A DNA stretch of 64,000 nt. Source: Octopus vulgaris. Its lineage: Eukaryota. The notes beneath the pieces were generated by a model. That model searched no databases and was not told the origin of the DNA. It saw only the letters and a list, made by a program, of their open reading frames with translations. This document shows positions 25,451 to 37,792 of the stretch, piece by piece. The stretch covers positions 55,056,001-55,120,000 of the forward strand of contig OX597833.1 of assembly GCA_951406725.2 (NCBI GenBank), written 5' to 3'. Numbering within the stretch: the stretch's first letter is position 1; the number at the start of each line of letters is the position of its first letter. A program made the translations under genes and the position numbers.

Positions 25451-27384
25451 TTTGAAAAATATTGTCTTTAAAATGGGCACATTGCACTTAGGTATACAAA
25501 AAAAATGGTTATGGTTAGGATGCTTTGACTATAGATTTGGTTAATCAGGGTAAACTTGGGAACCAAACAGCAAGTTCTGTAATAAATTTTAATGACTTCT
25601 AGCATACATAAATGCCAGGCCTCACATTTTGAAAGAGGATAAATCTGCCTACTCAAGGTATATGTGGGAGCTAAATAACAAGTTCTGTAATAAATTTTAA
25701 TGATTTCAAGCCTAGGTAAATGCCAGGCCTCACATTTTGAGAGAGGATAAAATTAACCTTAGTATTTAACTGGTACTTTATTTTATTGGACCCTGTGAGG
25801 ACGACAAGCTAGATTAATCTCAGGATTCAAACTCAGTACATAACTAAGTATCTTATTTTGTTCATCACTCTAATGAGCGTATCAATCAATTAATAATACA
25901 AATATTATTCAAACTTGTGAAATATAATGCTTATTTATTCACATTGTTTTGAACTGACTTTGCATTATCTTGTTGCTTTAAGATTTCGAATGATGTTATT
26001 GTTTGTTTTTAGAACAACAGTATAGGCGTAGGAGTGGCTGTGTGGTAAGTAGCTTGCTTACGAACTTCATGGTTCTGGGTTCAGTCCCACTGCATGGCAC
26101 CTTGGGCAAGTGTCTTCTACTGTAGCCTCAAGCCAAAGAAGCCTGTCGTGTATATGTATGTGTGTGTGTATGTTTGTGTGTCTGTGTTTGTCCCAGCACC
26201 ACCACTGCTTCACAAGTGGTGCTGGTGTGTTCACGTCGCTGTAACTTAGTGGTTCGGCAAAAGAGACCAATAGAATAAGTACCAGGCTTTAGAAAAACAA
26301 AAGTATTGGGGTTGATTTATTCGACTAAAAGTTCTTCTAATGACTGAAACAAGTAAAAGAATAAAAGAATATTGAAGCTTACTTCCTGATCTTGTAGTGT
26401 TGGATTCAGTCCCGCTGCACAACAGCTTGGGCAAGTGTCTCCTACTATAACCCTGGGTCAATTAAAGTCTTGTGAGTGGATATAATAGGCAGAAACTGAA
26501 AAGAAGCTCATCATATATGTGTTGTTTGTAAACAAGCACCACTGTCATATAGGCAGTGTTGTTCATTTCCAGTCTTCTGTGAAAAACATGTCCGGCTAAG
26601 GGGAGAGCACCAAGAAGAGCACTTGGCCACAAAATATTTGCATCAACAAATTCCTTCTAACCCATGCAGGTTTGGAAAAATGGACGTTAAGCAGCAATGA
26701 TATTGGTGGCAAACACTGTCTGTGACAGAATCATTCTATTCTGTTGAATTTTGAATGACTTATGCAATAATTAAAGGAATAGTCAGTAGAAAAGTGGGCT
26801 TTAGAAATATGATTATCTTATATTTAATTATTGATTTACAGTGCTTTTGTCTTCTAGCAGGCAAATTGGGTTGATTTTTTTTTTTTTTGCAGAACTGTGA
26901 TACGAAGCTCTGCAAAACTACATTTATTATTAATTCTGCGTTTTGCCGTAATTGTTTTATAGCATTACAGTTAACAGTTTCGACTGTTACTCAACCTGCT
27001 AATATGCCTATTAATGAAATACTGTGACGTTCTTTTTAAAGAAATAAGCAGTCCTAGAGGCAGATGGCTGATGGTGGGGTGTAAGTAGGTGGTGGTGGTG
27101 GTAGTATGGAAATATCTGTGTCTTCTCTATCTCTTCCAATTCTACGCTGTTGTTTGTTTGTTTGTATGTTTGTTCCATGTCCGTTCCGCTATTTTTGTTA
27201 TGTTTGTGGAGAAGTATTTTTGACAGAATATTTGGTTAGCTACTATCTTTTACTTGGGGAGGCACATGGCTTAGTGGTTGGGGCACTCAGCTCATGATCA
27301 TAAAGTCACGGGTTGTGTCCTTGAGCAAGACACTTTATTTCAAGTTGCTCCAGTCCAGTCAACTGGCAGAAATGAGTAGGACCT

Positions 27385-27734
27385 TAACCCTTTCGTTACT
27401 GTATTTATTTTACTATGTGTTTCTTTCAATTACTTTAAATATAACAAAGAATTTAGTAAAACAACTTAGTTATCATTCAGCTAGTATTAGGAATATAAAT
27501 TGCTACTAAGGTTTGGTGGTATATTTTGATGCAAAACTTATGAAAACAAGACATTTGTACTACAGAGCCGGAGCCGGTTTTGGCCGGGTTGGTAACGAAA
27601 GGGTTAAGCTAGTGTCAGGAACATAAATCGTGACTAAGGCTTGGTGGAAAATTTTAATTCAAAACTTATGAAAACAAGATATTTGTACTCAGAGCCAGAG
27701 CTGGTTTCAGCCGGGTTGGTATTGAAAGGGTTAA
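27385..27734. mobile_element. piggyBac-type MITE family P1: one full copy plus a tandem half copy, inserted in a SINE D
   Basis: TTAA-CCCTTTCGTTAC ... GTAACGAAAGGG-TTAA (27385-27607); partial repeat ending aaagggttaa at 27734. Confidence 0.88.
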
Positions 27735-27970
27735 GGCGGCAAGCTGGTAGAAACGTTAGCACGCTGGGCGAAATGCTTAGCAGTATTTCGTCTGCCGTTA
27801 CGTTCTGAGTTCAAATTCCGCCGAGGTTGACTTTGCCTTTCATCCTTTCGGGGTCGATTAAATAAGTACCAGTTATGCACTGGGGTCAATGTATTCGACT
27901 TAATCCTTTTCTCCGTCCTTGTTTGTCCCCTCTATGTTTAGCCCCTTGTGGGCAATAAAGAAACAAGAAA
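27735..27970 (+). mobile_element. SINE family B
   Basis: Family B consensus, monomer. Confidence 0.9.
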
Positions 27971-28603
27971 TGAGTAGTACCTGTATTTGAAAGGGCCAGC
28001 TTTGTCACATTTTGTGTCACACTGATTCTCCCTGAGAACTATGTTAAAGATAAGTACCAGGCTTTTAAAAAAAAAAAGGTCCTGGGGTGGGGCGATTCAT
28101 TCAACTATAATTCTTCAAAGTGGTGCCCCAGCATGGCCGCAATCTAATGACAGAAACAAGTAAATGATAAATTCATAGCAATATTTGATTATAAAGATAT
28201 AACAGGATTTTTTAAGCATTGAATGGCTATAAGAGTCTAGCCAAGTATAAGATGAGTCAAAGAGGGACAGGGTCTATAGGTAAAAAATGGTTGAGAGAAC
28301 CACTTGTCTAGAATATTGTAGTTTCACATTTCCTGAGATTGTCTTCAGGTGTGATAAACCAGTCATGTTCTCTGTGACTAGTATCTGAAAGAGAAAATGC
28401 CAATGGATCAATGTTGAGGAAACAAGACATTTTCTATTAATAAAAACTTACAGCAGGAGTAAAGAGGGGGAAATATCAATGTTTATGATTAATTTAAATG
28501 AACAAAGTGAACAAAATATTTTTTTTAAAAAGTGGGAAATTTAAAATGATTGAGATCAATTGAATGTAGAATGCAATAAAAAGTGACTCTGATCTTTTAC
28601 TGC

Positions 28604-28665
28604 AGGGCATCAACTCTGTACAGGTTTCAGTCTGATTAGACTTCATCAGCAAAATGTCTTACCTA
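28604..28665 (-). ncRNA. Minimal type I hammerhead ribozyme
   Basis: Minus strand: ggtaagac-attttg-CTGATGA-AGTCT aatc AGACT-GAAA-c ct-GTA-cagagt-tgatgcc. Intact core, perfect 5-bp stem II, GUA triplet, 6-bp stem I with G-U pairs. Confidence 0.7.
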
Positions 28666-28694
28666 GTGAACAGAAACTGAAACTCTGTGTGTGT

Positions 28695-28732
<38 letters not shown>

Positions 28733-28765
28733 TTGAATGTGTGTGTCGATATATATACACAGACA

Positions 28766-28807
<42 letters not shown>

Positions 28808-29280
28808 TACATACATGGACACAAAGCAGATTTCTTTTAGTTTCCATTTATTAAACCCACTTATGAGACCTCGGTTGACTTGCACCTATTGGGGAAGGCA
28901 CTTGCCCAAGGTAGTACACAGTGGAAGCGAACCCAAGACCACTTGGTTTGGAAGCAAACCTCTCACCCACATGGCTATGTCTTCCGCCTCCTCCTCCTAT
29001 GTGGTGCAGTGGTTCATGTTTTTTTTTGTTTTTCTTTGTATCTTTACATTAAGCACAAATTGTAGATGGTATATAGCATTAAAATAAACGGTAAGTTAGA
29101 ATAAATAAACCAATGGAAAAATAAAAAGACAAAACGAGAATAAAGTTACTTACAAAATAAAGCAATGACAAAAAACATACATGTATGTATATATGTATAT
29201 ATACATATATATATGTATATATACATATATACATATATATATACATGTATATATACATGTATATATATATATCTGTGTGT

Positions 29281-29313
<33 letters not shown>

Positions 29314-29317
29314 TTAT

Positions 29318-29357
<40 letters not shown>

Positions 29358-29946
29358 TTATATATATATTTATATTATATTATATTATATGTCACTAGTA
29401 TAATGAAGTATTGCGGTAAGTTTCATTAAGTCTATAGGTACTGAAATGCTTATTATTCCAAATATAACAGTTGATGTTTTCTACAATGTGTCTGTCTTGA
29501 AAGAACAATGGCTATAATCACGGCAGAAATGATACTTCGAGACTAATAACACTATACATCAACGCTCACATTTATATCGCAAATATCCAGTAAAAAAAAA
29601 GGAAAATAAAGAAATATGTTACACGACATTAACCAAAAGTAAATAAGTAAATAGTAATGAATAAATAAATAAATGAATGAAAGAAACTGATTGAGTTACT
29701 AATGAAGAAGATAGTAGTAAGACACGGTTAGATGTTCTGGAATGGTAAATGAGCTTCGCCGCTCTATGAGGATAGTCACTAGAATTAGTTGCCTGGTGAT
29801 GGTTTTGCATTGACATTAGTAGAAACTAGAAGCAAAAGTACCGGTAGTGTGTGTGTGTGTGTGTACCATGAGAAAAATTAAAGACCAATATTTGCAGATA
29901 GGTGCCAAAAGAAAAAAAAAGATTTTCTTCCATTTGTTATTTCTCA

Positions 29947-29984
<38 letters not shown>

Positions 29985-30172
29985 ACGCCATGATAAATCG
30001 TTAGCCACTACACACACATTTTTTCTCTCCTTGTTTTTTCTGTGTCCCTTTCTGTAGAAGAGCATAGGCTCGAAACGTAAAAGACTTTTTCTATTCCTGA
30101 GCATTATACTAATACATCTGTTTGTTTTGTACACCACCTGTCTTCATCTTTTGTTTTTTTTCATAAACTTTT

Positions 30173-30175
<3 letters not shown>
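29985..30175 (+). mobile_element. (TA)n-flanked repeat with a hammerhead-like motif (Penelope pseudo-LTR-like)
   Basis: gtcccttt-CTGTAGA-a-gagc atag gctc-GAAAC-GTA-aaagac at 30044-30085; embedded between (TA)n runs; paralog at 37369-37522. Confidence 0.6.
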
Positions 30176-30223
<48 letters not shown>

Positions 30224-30697
30224 TATGAGGTGTTTGTATGATTTGTTTATAAGAAATATTTTCTTTTTTTATCTAATTGGAAGAATAAGTTAGTTTTCTC
30301 CTGATTCTTGCTAGTTTGTTTTAGTCATCACACCCACCCACTCCTAAGATCATTCTGGTGTACCATCAATATTCTAACTTTAAACAACAATTGGTTCACT
30401 TATTTTAAGTATTTCGTAAGTTTTGTTCGTATTTTTTCCTCGTATATTTATTCTAAATCTCTGTTTATTTTCTTGCTATACTTTCTGTAATTTGTATTAA
30501 ATGCACAGATTTAAAAAATAGAAAAATGAGACCTGGGCAACTGTGTAACGAACACATCATTACTATTGCCATTGTTCTTATCAGTATCATCATTTTTACG
30601 TCTGTTTTGCTCCTCATATGCCGAAATAGATCAAATAAGTACATGGTCTATTAGCGAGGTTGAAGTTGATTGAATGGACCATAATCCTTCCCTGCAG

Positions 30698-30798
30698 ATT
30701 TCTGGTTTTGTGACAAAATAAGAAATCATTATTTGTTGAAAAGGAAACAAATGAAGTCAAAAACTCCAGAGGGAGGAGAGAAGAGTTGCACAAAATGA
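30698..30798 (+). CDS. Possible terminal coding exon
   Basis: Acceptor ccttccctgcAG; frame (D)FWFCDKIRNHYLLKRKQMKSKTPEGGEKSCTK*, followed by UTR-like sequence. Confidence 0.22.
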
Positions 30799-31089
30799 GA
30801 TTTTTGCACTCACTACAAAAACTTAGAGAAAACATTCTCATGTATAATGATACACACTGACTTTTGTTAAATATGATACATTGCAAAAAAAGAGAAAAAT
30901 GTGTTTAGTCTGATTTATTGTAATTGCTGTGTAAAATACATTGTACAAAAGTTATCCTAAAAGAAACTAAAACAGATTCAAATGTGATCTTGGGATTGCA
31001 CCATTACAGGTCAAAAATTTGTATTTACTGTAAAGTTAGCATTTTTGAATTACACAGTCATATTTTTTTTCATGAAATGTGTTTATTAT

Positions 31090-31512
31090 ACTCTTTTACT
31101 CTTTTTTTTACTTGCTTCAGTCATTTGACTGTGGCCATGCTGGAGCACCGCCTTTAGTTGATTGAGCAAATCGACCTCAGGACTTAATCTTTGTAAGCCT
31201 AGTACTTATTTTATCGGTCTCTTTTGCCGAACTGCTAAGTTACGGGGATGTAAACGCACCAGCATCGGTTGTCAAATGATGTTGGGGGGACAAACACAGA
31301 CACACAAACATATACATACACACATACGTACACTATTATACATATATACGACGGGTTTCTTTCAGTTTCCGTCTTCCAAATCTACTCACAAGGTTTTGGT
31401 TGGCCTGAGGCTTTAGTAGAAGACACTTGCCCAAGGTGCCACGCAGTGGGACTGAACCCAGAACCATGTGGTTGTTAAGCAAGCTACTTACCACACAGCC
31501 ACTCCTATGCCT
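31090..31512 (-). mobile_element. SINE family A, full length
   Basis: Family A consensus. Confidence 0.92.
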
Positions 31513-31692
31513 AGGATACATGAATAAATTCTACTCTTCTTAATATCCTTCAAAAACCTTCAAGTAAAAGAAATAGAAATCACAATCCTTGTTTTGTAAA
31601 TCTTTTTGTATCGTTTAGTCCAGGTCAGCTCTGACTAAGCAAAAGTGTTCCAGCAAGAATCTGGTCCAAATGCGTTTACAGGAATATATTAT

Positions 31693-32752
31693 CCCATGTA
31701 ACCTTCCCATTTTCGAGATGATAGACTGTGATTTGAAGGAGATTAGGTTGGTATTTCTAGCACAGGGAATGACTGCATCAAGACTCTCTTATTGGCTCAT
31801 AAAGTATATATATTATGGTTTATTGTTGTATCAAGCAGTTGTTTAATTATATTTATCAGTTGTTTTAACCCATGTAACCTTCCCATTTTCGAGATGGTAG
31901 ACTGTAATTTGAAGGAGATTAGGTTGGTGTTTCTAGCACAGCGAATGACTGCATCAAGACTCCCTTATTGGCTCATAAAGTATATATATTATGGTTTATT
32001 GTTGTATCAAGCAGTTGTTTAATTATATTTATCAGTTGTTTTAACCCATGTAACCTTCCCATTTTCGAGATGGTAGACGTTAAGTTTGAAGGAGATTAGG
32101 TTGGTATTTCTAGCACAGCGAATGACTGCATCAAGGCTCCCTTATTGGCTCATAAAGTATATATATTATGGTTTATTGTTGTACCAAGCAGTTGTTTAAT
32201 TATATTTATCAGTTGTTTTAACCCATGTAACCTTCCCATTTTCGAGATGGTAGACTGTAATTTGAAGGAGATTAGGTTGGTGTTTCTAGCACAGCGAATG
32301 ACTGCATGAAGACTCCCTTATTGGCTCATAAAGTATATATATTATGGTTTATTGTTGTATCAAGCAGTTGTTTAATTATATTTATCAGTTGTTTTAACCC
32401 ATGTAACCTTCCCATTTTCGAGATGGTAGACTGTAATTTGAAGGAGATTAGGTTGGTATTTCTAGCACAGGGAATGACTGCATCAAGGCTCCCTTATTGG
32501 CTCATAAAGTATATATATTATGGTTTATTGTTGTATCAAGCAGTTATTTAATTATATTTATCAGTTGTTTTAACCCATGTAACCATCCCATTTTCGAGAT
32601 GGTAGACTGTGATTTGAAGGAGATTAGGTTGGTGTTTCTAGCACAGCAAATGACTGCATCAAGGCTCCCTTATTGGCTCATAAAGTACATATATTATGGT
32701 TTATCGTTGTATCAAGCAGTTGTTTAATTATGTTTATCAGTTGTGTTAACCC
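31693..32752. repeat. Tandem array of 6 x 176-177-bp units
   Basis: Unit start cccatgtaacc at 31693, 31869, 32045, 32222, 32398 and 32574; few substitutions between units. Confidence 0.97.
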
Positions 32753-32867
32753 TTGCTAGTTTACTTTAATAAAGTCGTTTGCTCTCTAAGATGATGAAAT
32801 AAGTTGAAATAATTTGCTACTTGAAGCATTATTCAATTCCTTTCCCTTTGTTATATGTGCACAAATG

Positions 32868-33250
32868 TGGAGGCGCAATGGCCCAGTGGTTAGGGCAGCG
32901 GACTCGCGGTCGTAGGATCGCGGTTTCGATTCCCAGACCGGGCGTTGTGAGTGTTTATTGAGCGAAAACACCTAAAAGCTCCATGAGGCTCCGGCAGGGG
33001 ATGGTGGTGATCCCTGCTGTACTTTTTCACCACAACTTTCTCTCACTCTTACTTCCTGTTTCTGTTGTACCTGTATTTCAAAGGGCCGGCCTTGTCACTC
33101 TCTGTGTCACGCTGAATATCCCCGAGAACTACGTTAAGGGTGCACGTGTCTGTGGAATGCTCAGCCACTTACACGTTAATTTCACGAGCAGGCTGTTCCG
33201 TTGATCGGATCAGCCAGAGCCCTCGTCGTTGTAACCGACGGAGTGCTTCC
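32868..33250 (+). mobile_element. tRNA-derived SINE family C, full length
   Basis: A-box tggcccagtgg, B-box ggtttcgattccc; flanked by a repeated atgtgcacaaat (probable TSD, ~32855-32866 and 33252-33263). Confidence 0.85.
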
Positions 33251-33537
33251 CATGTGCACAAATCTTGGTAAATACTCAACTTTATACTAAACCAAATTAA
33301 ACATTAGTTAACCGAGATCATAGCGAAAGGTAACATTTTGACTGCCGTTCACAGTTTCACATTCTTCAAAATTAACAGAATGTCTGATTTTGTGGAATAT
33401 TGCACAAGCTTAGGCAGAGCAGATGTTACTCTTGGAAAACTGTCACAAGTTCCGATGGTGTAGTATTTTTTTGTTGTGGAACCATACTCTGGATGGAACA
33501 CAAGTTGCTCTACCGAACTTGGTCAATGAAGCACAAT

Positions 33538-34024
33538 CTTCTTTCTTTCTTTCTTTCCTTCTTTTTCTTTGCTCCTTTTCTTTCTTTCTTTCTTTCTTTC
33601 TCTCTCTCTTTCTTTCTTTCTCTCTTTCTTTCATTCTTTCTTTCTCTCTTTCTTTCTTTCTTTCTCTCTCTTTCTTTCTTTCTTCCTTCCTACTTCTTTC
33701 TTTCCTTCTCTCTTTTTCTTTGCTCCTTTTCTTTCTTCTTTCTTTCCTTCCTTCCTTCTTTCCTACTTCTTTCTTTCCTTCTCTCTTTTTCTTTGCTCCT
33801 TTTCTTTCTTCTTTCTTTCCTTCCTTCCTTCTTTCCTACTTCTTTCTTTCTCCCCTAATTCCTTCTTTCCTATTTTCCTTTTTCTTTGCTCCTTTCCTTC
33901 CTTCCTTCCTTCCTTGCTTGCTCCTTTTCTTTCTTTCTTCCTTCCTTCCTACTTTCTTTCCTTTTTTCTTTTTCCTTCTTTTCTTTTCCTTCCTTCCCCT
34001 CTCCTGCTTTCTTTCTTTCTCTCT
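33538..34024. repeat. Polypyrimidine (CTTT/CTTC)n tract with duplicated sub-blocks
   Basis: Directly visible. Confidence 0.95.
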
Positions 34025-34599
34025 TAAATTTGTTAAGGTGGATTTTTGTACGGTCAGATGCCCTTCCTGTCACCGACCCTCAACTAAGGCAAAATATCCC
34101 TCCCCCACCACCTCCTTCCATGACCAGGCATGCTAGCATAAAAAATCATAAACAAAAATGGATACTGCTTTCACAATGGTTACACTCGCTTATGACCATC
34201 ACCCAGAAACCAAAGCAAAGTAGACCAATAACATAACCTTCTTGGCTTTATTCCCGCAAATATAACGATAAAGTACATTGCCGCCCAAGACACAAAAAAA
34301 AATTGATATGTTTTCAAAATGTCGCTGATACCATAATACATAAAATAATAATAACAGAGGGGGATAAAACATATCAATTACCTTTCTGTGGGGTGTTGCT
34401 GTAAGGGGGGGAAACATCGATTGAATTCAATTTGTCATTGTGTTTTTGCAAAGTAGAGTGCAGAGTACATTGTAACTGAAGCTGTGATATATAATTGATA
34501 CATTTCAAAAACGACCGAAAATAATTTATAATTATATACGTGGAGTAATAACACATGATAACATGATAACAGACACGGGGATATTAACGCATAATACGC

Positions 34600-34803
34600 A
34601 TAACAATAACGTCATAGAAGTAATAATAATAGTAATAATAATGATAATAGTAATAATAATACCATTGCGATACAATAGTAAAAACGACAAGAACAAATGC
34701 AACAACAATAATAATGATGACAATAATAATAATAATAGTAATAATAATAATAATAATACCATTGCAATACAATAGTAAAAACGACAAGAAATGCAACAAC
34801 AAC

Positions 34804-34835
<32 letters not shown>

Positions 34836-35045
34836 TAATAATAATAATACCATTGCAATACAATAGTAAAACGACAACAAGAAATGCAACAACAACAACA
34901 ACAATAATAATAATAATGATAATAATGATAATAATAATAACAACAACAATAATAATAATAATAATAATAATAATACCATTGCAATACAATAGTAAAAACG
35001 ACAACAAAAAATGCAACAGCAACAATAATAATAATAATGATGATA

Positions 35046-35080
<35 letters not shown>
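34600..35080. repeat. Minisatellite: ~45-bp core (aataccattgcaatacaatagtaaaaacgacaagaaatgcaac) x4 separated by variable (AAT/AAC)n
   Basis: Cores at ~34657, 34755, 34845 and 34972. Confidence 0.92.
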
Positions 35081-35083
<3 letters not shown>

Positions 35084-35971
35084 AGTCATTTCAGTAATAT
35101 TATACAGAAACATAAACATTTGTATATATGTTATGAAGTAGTCCTAGTAATCTGTACAGAGTCTGAGAGAGAGAAAAAAAAAATTGTTTCCTGGACCTGT
35201 TCACCTAAACTTGAATACATTTGTAATGTCTACCATGTGGCAACAATGGTGGGGACTGGGGGTGGGGGCGTAACCCTTAGGTCTGGCCTTCTTTATCTGG
35301 TTGAGATATGTTGAGTGTTGTCTTGGATAGCCAACTTCAAGTAAGAAGGACCAGTTACCGAGAGGAGGAGGTAATGCGGCAGTAACAATCATTTAAGGAA
35401 TATTTACTATCCACTGTAATCTCTCTCCCTTTCTCTCTATCCTCAGTCCCTCTCCTCACTCTCTCTCTCTCTCTCTAGAGATCTCTTTTATCTATAATAT
35501 TTTACTGTTAAAAAGAATTTAAATGTAACCAAAAGAAAAAAGGAAAGGTAAAAAAGAAAAAGAAAAGAATCAAACAACAAAATTCTTGCATTCTTTTGGT
35601 TTCTTGTAATTCTCACTGCCTCATGGTCCTAGCAGACAAAATGGAAAAAAGTATTGCAGTGTATAGTTGGACAGAAATCTCTCGTTTGTACAATGGCAAA
35701 AGTCAGTGACTATCCAAGAACGATTTTTTCTGGTGGCATGTAAAAAGCACCCAGTGCACTCTGTAAAGTGGTCGGCATTGAGAAGGGCATCCAATCATAG
35801 AAACCATGCCAAAACAGACAAATGGAGCCTGGGAAGGTCTACAACTCCGGTCAAACCACCCTTCCCGTGCCAGCATGGAAATTGGATGTTAAATGGTAAT
35901 GATTTCTTTGTAATATCTTGAATTTGTAAAAATGGTGCTTGAACCTTTCTTATTTGCTATATTCCTCCCAT

Positions 35972-36591
35972 TTAATCCTGTTGATATCAACCAACTTGAA
36001 ACCGCTTCTGATTCAGCGGTACAAATGTCTTGTTTTCAAAAGTTCTGAATTAAAATCTTCCACCAAACCTAAGTCACAATTTATGTTCCTAACACCAGCT
36101 TAATGGTAACTAAGTTATTTTACTAAATTCCTTGTTATATTTAAAATTAATTGAAAGAAACACAGAGCAACTCAACAGAAATACAGTAACGAATGGGTTA
36201 AAATATATAATAGAGAAAGAATTCTTAACCCTTTTAATACCAACCCAGCTGAAACCACTTCTGGCTCAGTAGTACAAATTTCTTGTTTTCATAAATTTTG
36301 AATTAAAATCTTCCACCAAACCTTAGTCACAATTTATGATCCTAACACCAGCTTAATGGTAACTAAGTTATTTTACTAATTTCTTTGTTACATTTAAAAT
36401 TAATTGAAATAAACTCAGAACATCTCAACAGAAATATGGTAATATTAGGTTGTCCCAAAAGTTCGTAAACACTTGCGAAAATTGAATTTTTACTCGCCAA
36501 ACAAAAGCAGCAAAAATTATTCCTCAAAATAAAGACCATTATTTTCCAAGACTTTCTACGAACTTTTGGGACAACCTTATAAAAGGGTTAA
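35972..36591. mobile_element. Tandem pair of piggyBac-type P1 MITEs with a 24-bp spacer
   Basis: Two ~230-bp copies ending gggttaa; spacer aatatataatagagaaagaattc. Confidence 0.85.
36445..36579. mobile_element. Tc1/mariner MITE nested in the right TIR of a P1 MITE
   Basis: TIRs ttaggttgtcccaaaagttcgta / tacgaacttttgggacaacctta; TA duplicated on both sides. Confidence 0.88.
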
Positions 36592-36689
36592 TGAGCACTG
36601 GATGTGTTTTAACTCTTTTGATACCGACCATCCTGAGACCACTCTTGGTTTTGTGATGCAAATCTCCCCATTTGAAAAATAACCTAAAT

Positions 36690-37015
36690 CAGTGGTTCTG
36701 AACTGGGGTGCATATAACCCCACCCCCTAGGGTCCATGCAAGCAAAATAGTGAATTAGTAACATACAGCAGTATATTAAAGATCCATAAAAAATTTCTGC
36801 TTTAGATGTATTCATTACCAGAAACAGCTTGGTTTCTCTCTTTAAATGTCTTATGCAGTTCACAGTACTCGAGTTAATGTTTGAGAAACGAAATAGGGAT
36901 TTTGAAAGAGGGGTCTATAAAACTAGTTTTTAAACATTGAATGGCTATGGGGGTCCACCGTAATAAAATAATTATCAAAGGGGTCCATAGGTAAAAAAAC
37001 AGTTGAGAACCGCTG
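36690..37015. mobile_element. hAT-type MITE (older)
   Basis: cagtggttctgaactg ... cagttgagaaccgctg termini; fragments of the family at 12697, 28220-28300, 39250 and 45480-45573. Confidence 0.7.
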
Positions 37016-37368
37016 ATCTAAGGGAAACCCACTAATCAAAATTCCATACAAATTTATGCTCCAAATGCCATCTGAAATATGACTTAAATTTCATAAATCC
37101 TTCATTATTTCTAAGGTTTGCTAAAAACATTGTGTTTCAACATAAATGTGGTAGCAAATGAGTTAATGATCAGATTCGTTTCAGTGAACTTGATTTTATG
37201 ATTTCGTCATCAGTAAAGGAAGGATATCACCTGTAACCTTTCCACAGGGCTCTTGAAGGCAGTGGGGTGGGGCAAGGAGAGAAAGCGGAACTAATGAGCA
37301 TGTCAGTATATCAGCTTATTTATTGCTGGTAGGGACACTCGTATTTTGTTTTACAAGTGAAATATACT

Positions 37369-37522
37369 ACATTTTTCTCTCTCCTTGTTTTTTCTGTGTC
37401 CCTTTCTGTTGAAGAGTGTAGGCTCCAAACGTAAAAGACTTTTTCTATTTCTGAGCATTATACTAATACATCTGTTTGTTTTGTACATCACCTGTCTTCG
37501 TATTTTGTTCTTTTCATAAACT
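37369..37522 (+). mobile_element. Paralog of the 29985-30175 repeat with a decayed hammerhead-like motif
   Basis: CTGTTGA-a-gagt gtag gctc-CAAAC-GTA-aaagac; flanks align with the 30-kb copy. Confidence 0.6.
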
Positions 37523-37736
37523 CTACTTTACTACTATATTATAGGTTTATAAGTCAACACCCTGTCCTACTTTTATGTTGGCAGTGTAATACAATCGCTT
37601 TTCTGCTCATCTCTACAGATTTTCTATAGAATTAGAGCCAGTATTGAAAGTTACACCATTTTGAATATGAATATGTCTATGTAAACAATGCAATCAAAGA
37701 TAGAAAAATTTGTGATTGGTGTATATATCTGTCAAA

Positions 37737-37792
<56 letters not shown>

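Noticed and set aside
31792-32727. Three similar 76-81-aa ORFs as a small gene family
   Set aside because: They arise from the 176-bp tandem repeat, whose unit is not a multiple of 3, and mostly start at non-ATG codons.
34650-35020. CRISPR-like alternation of a constant ~45-bp repeat and variable spacers
   Set aside because: The spacers are (AAT/AAC)n microsatellite, the context is eukaryotic and no cas genes are present.
37171-37220. Minus-strand CTGATGA...GAAAC hammerhead candidate
   Set aside because: No credible stem II, no NUH triplet in register and no stem I.
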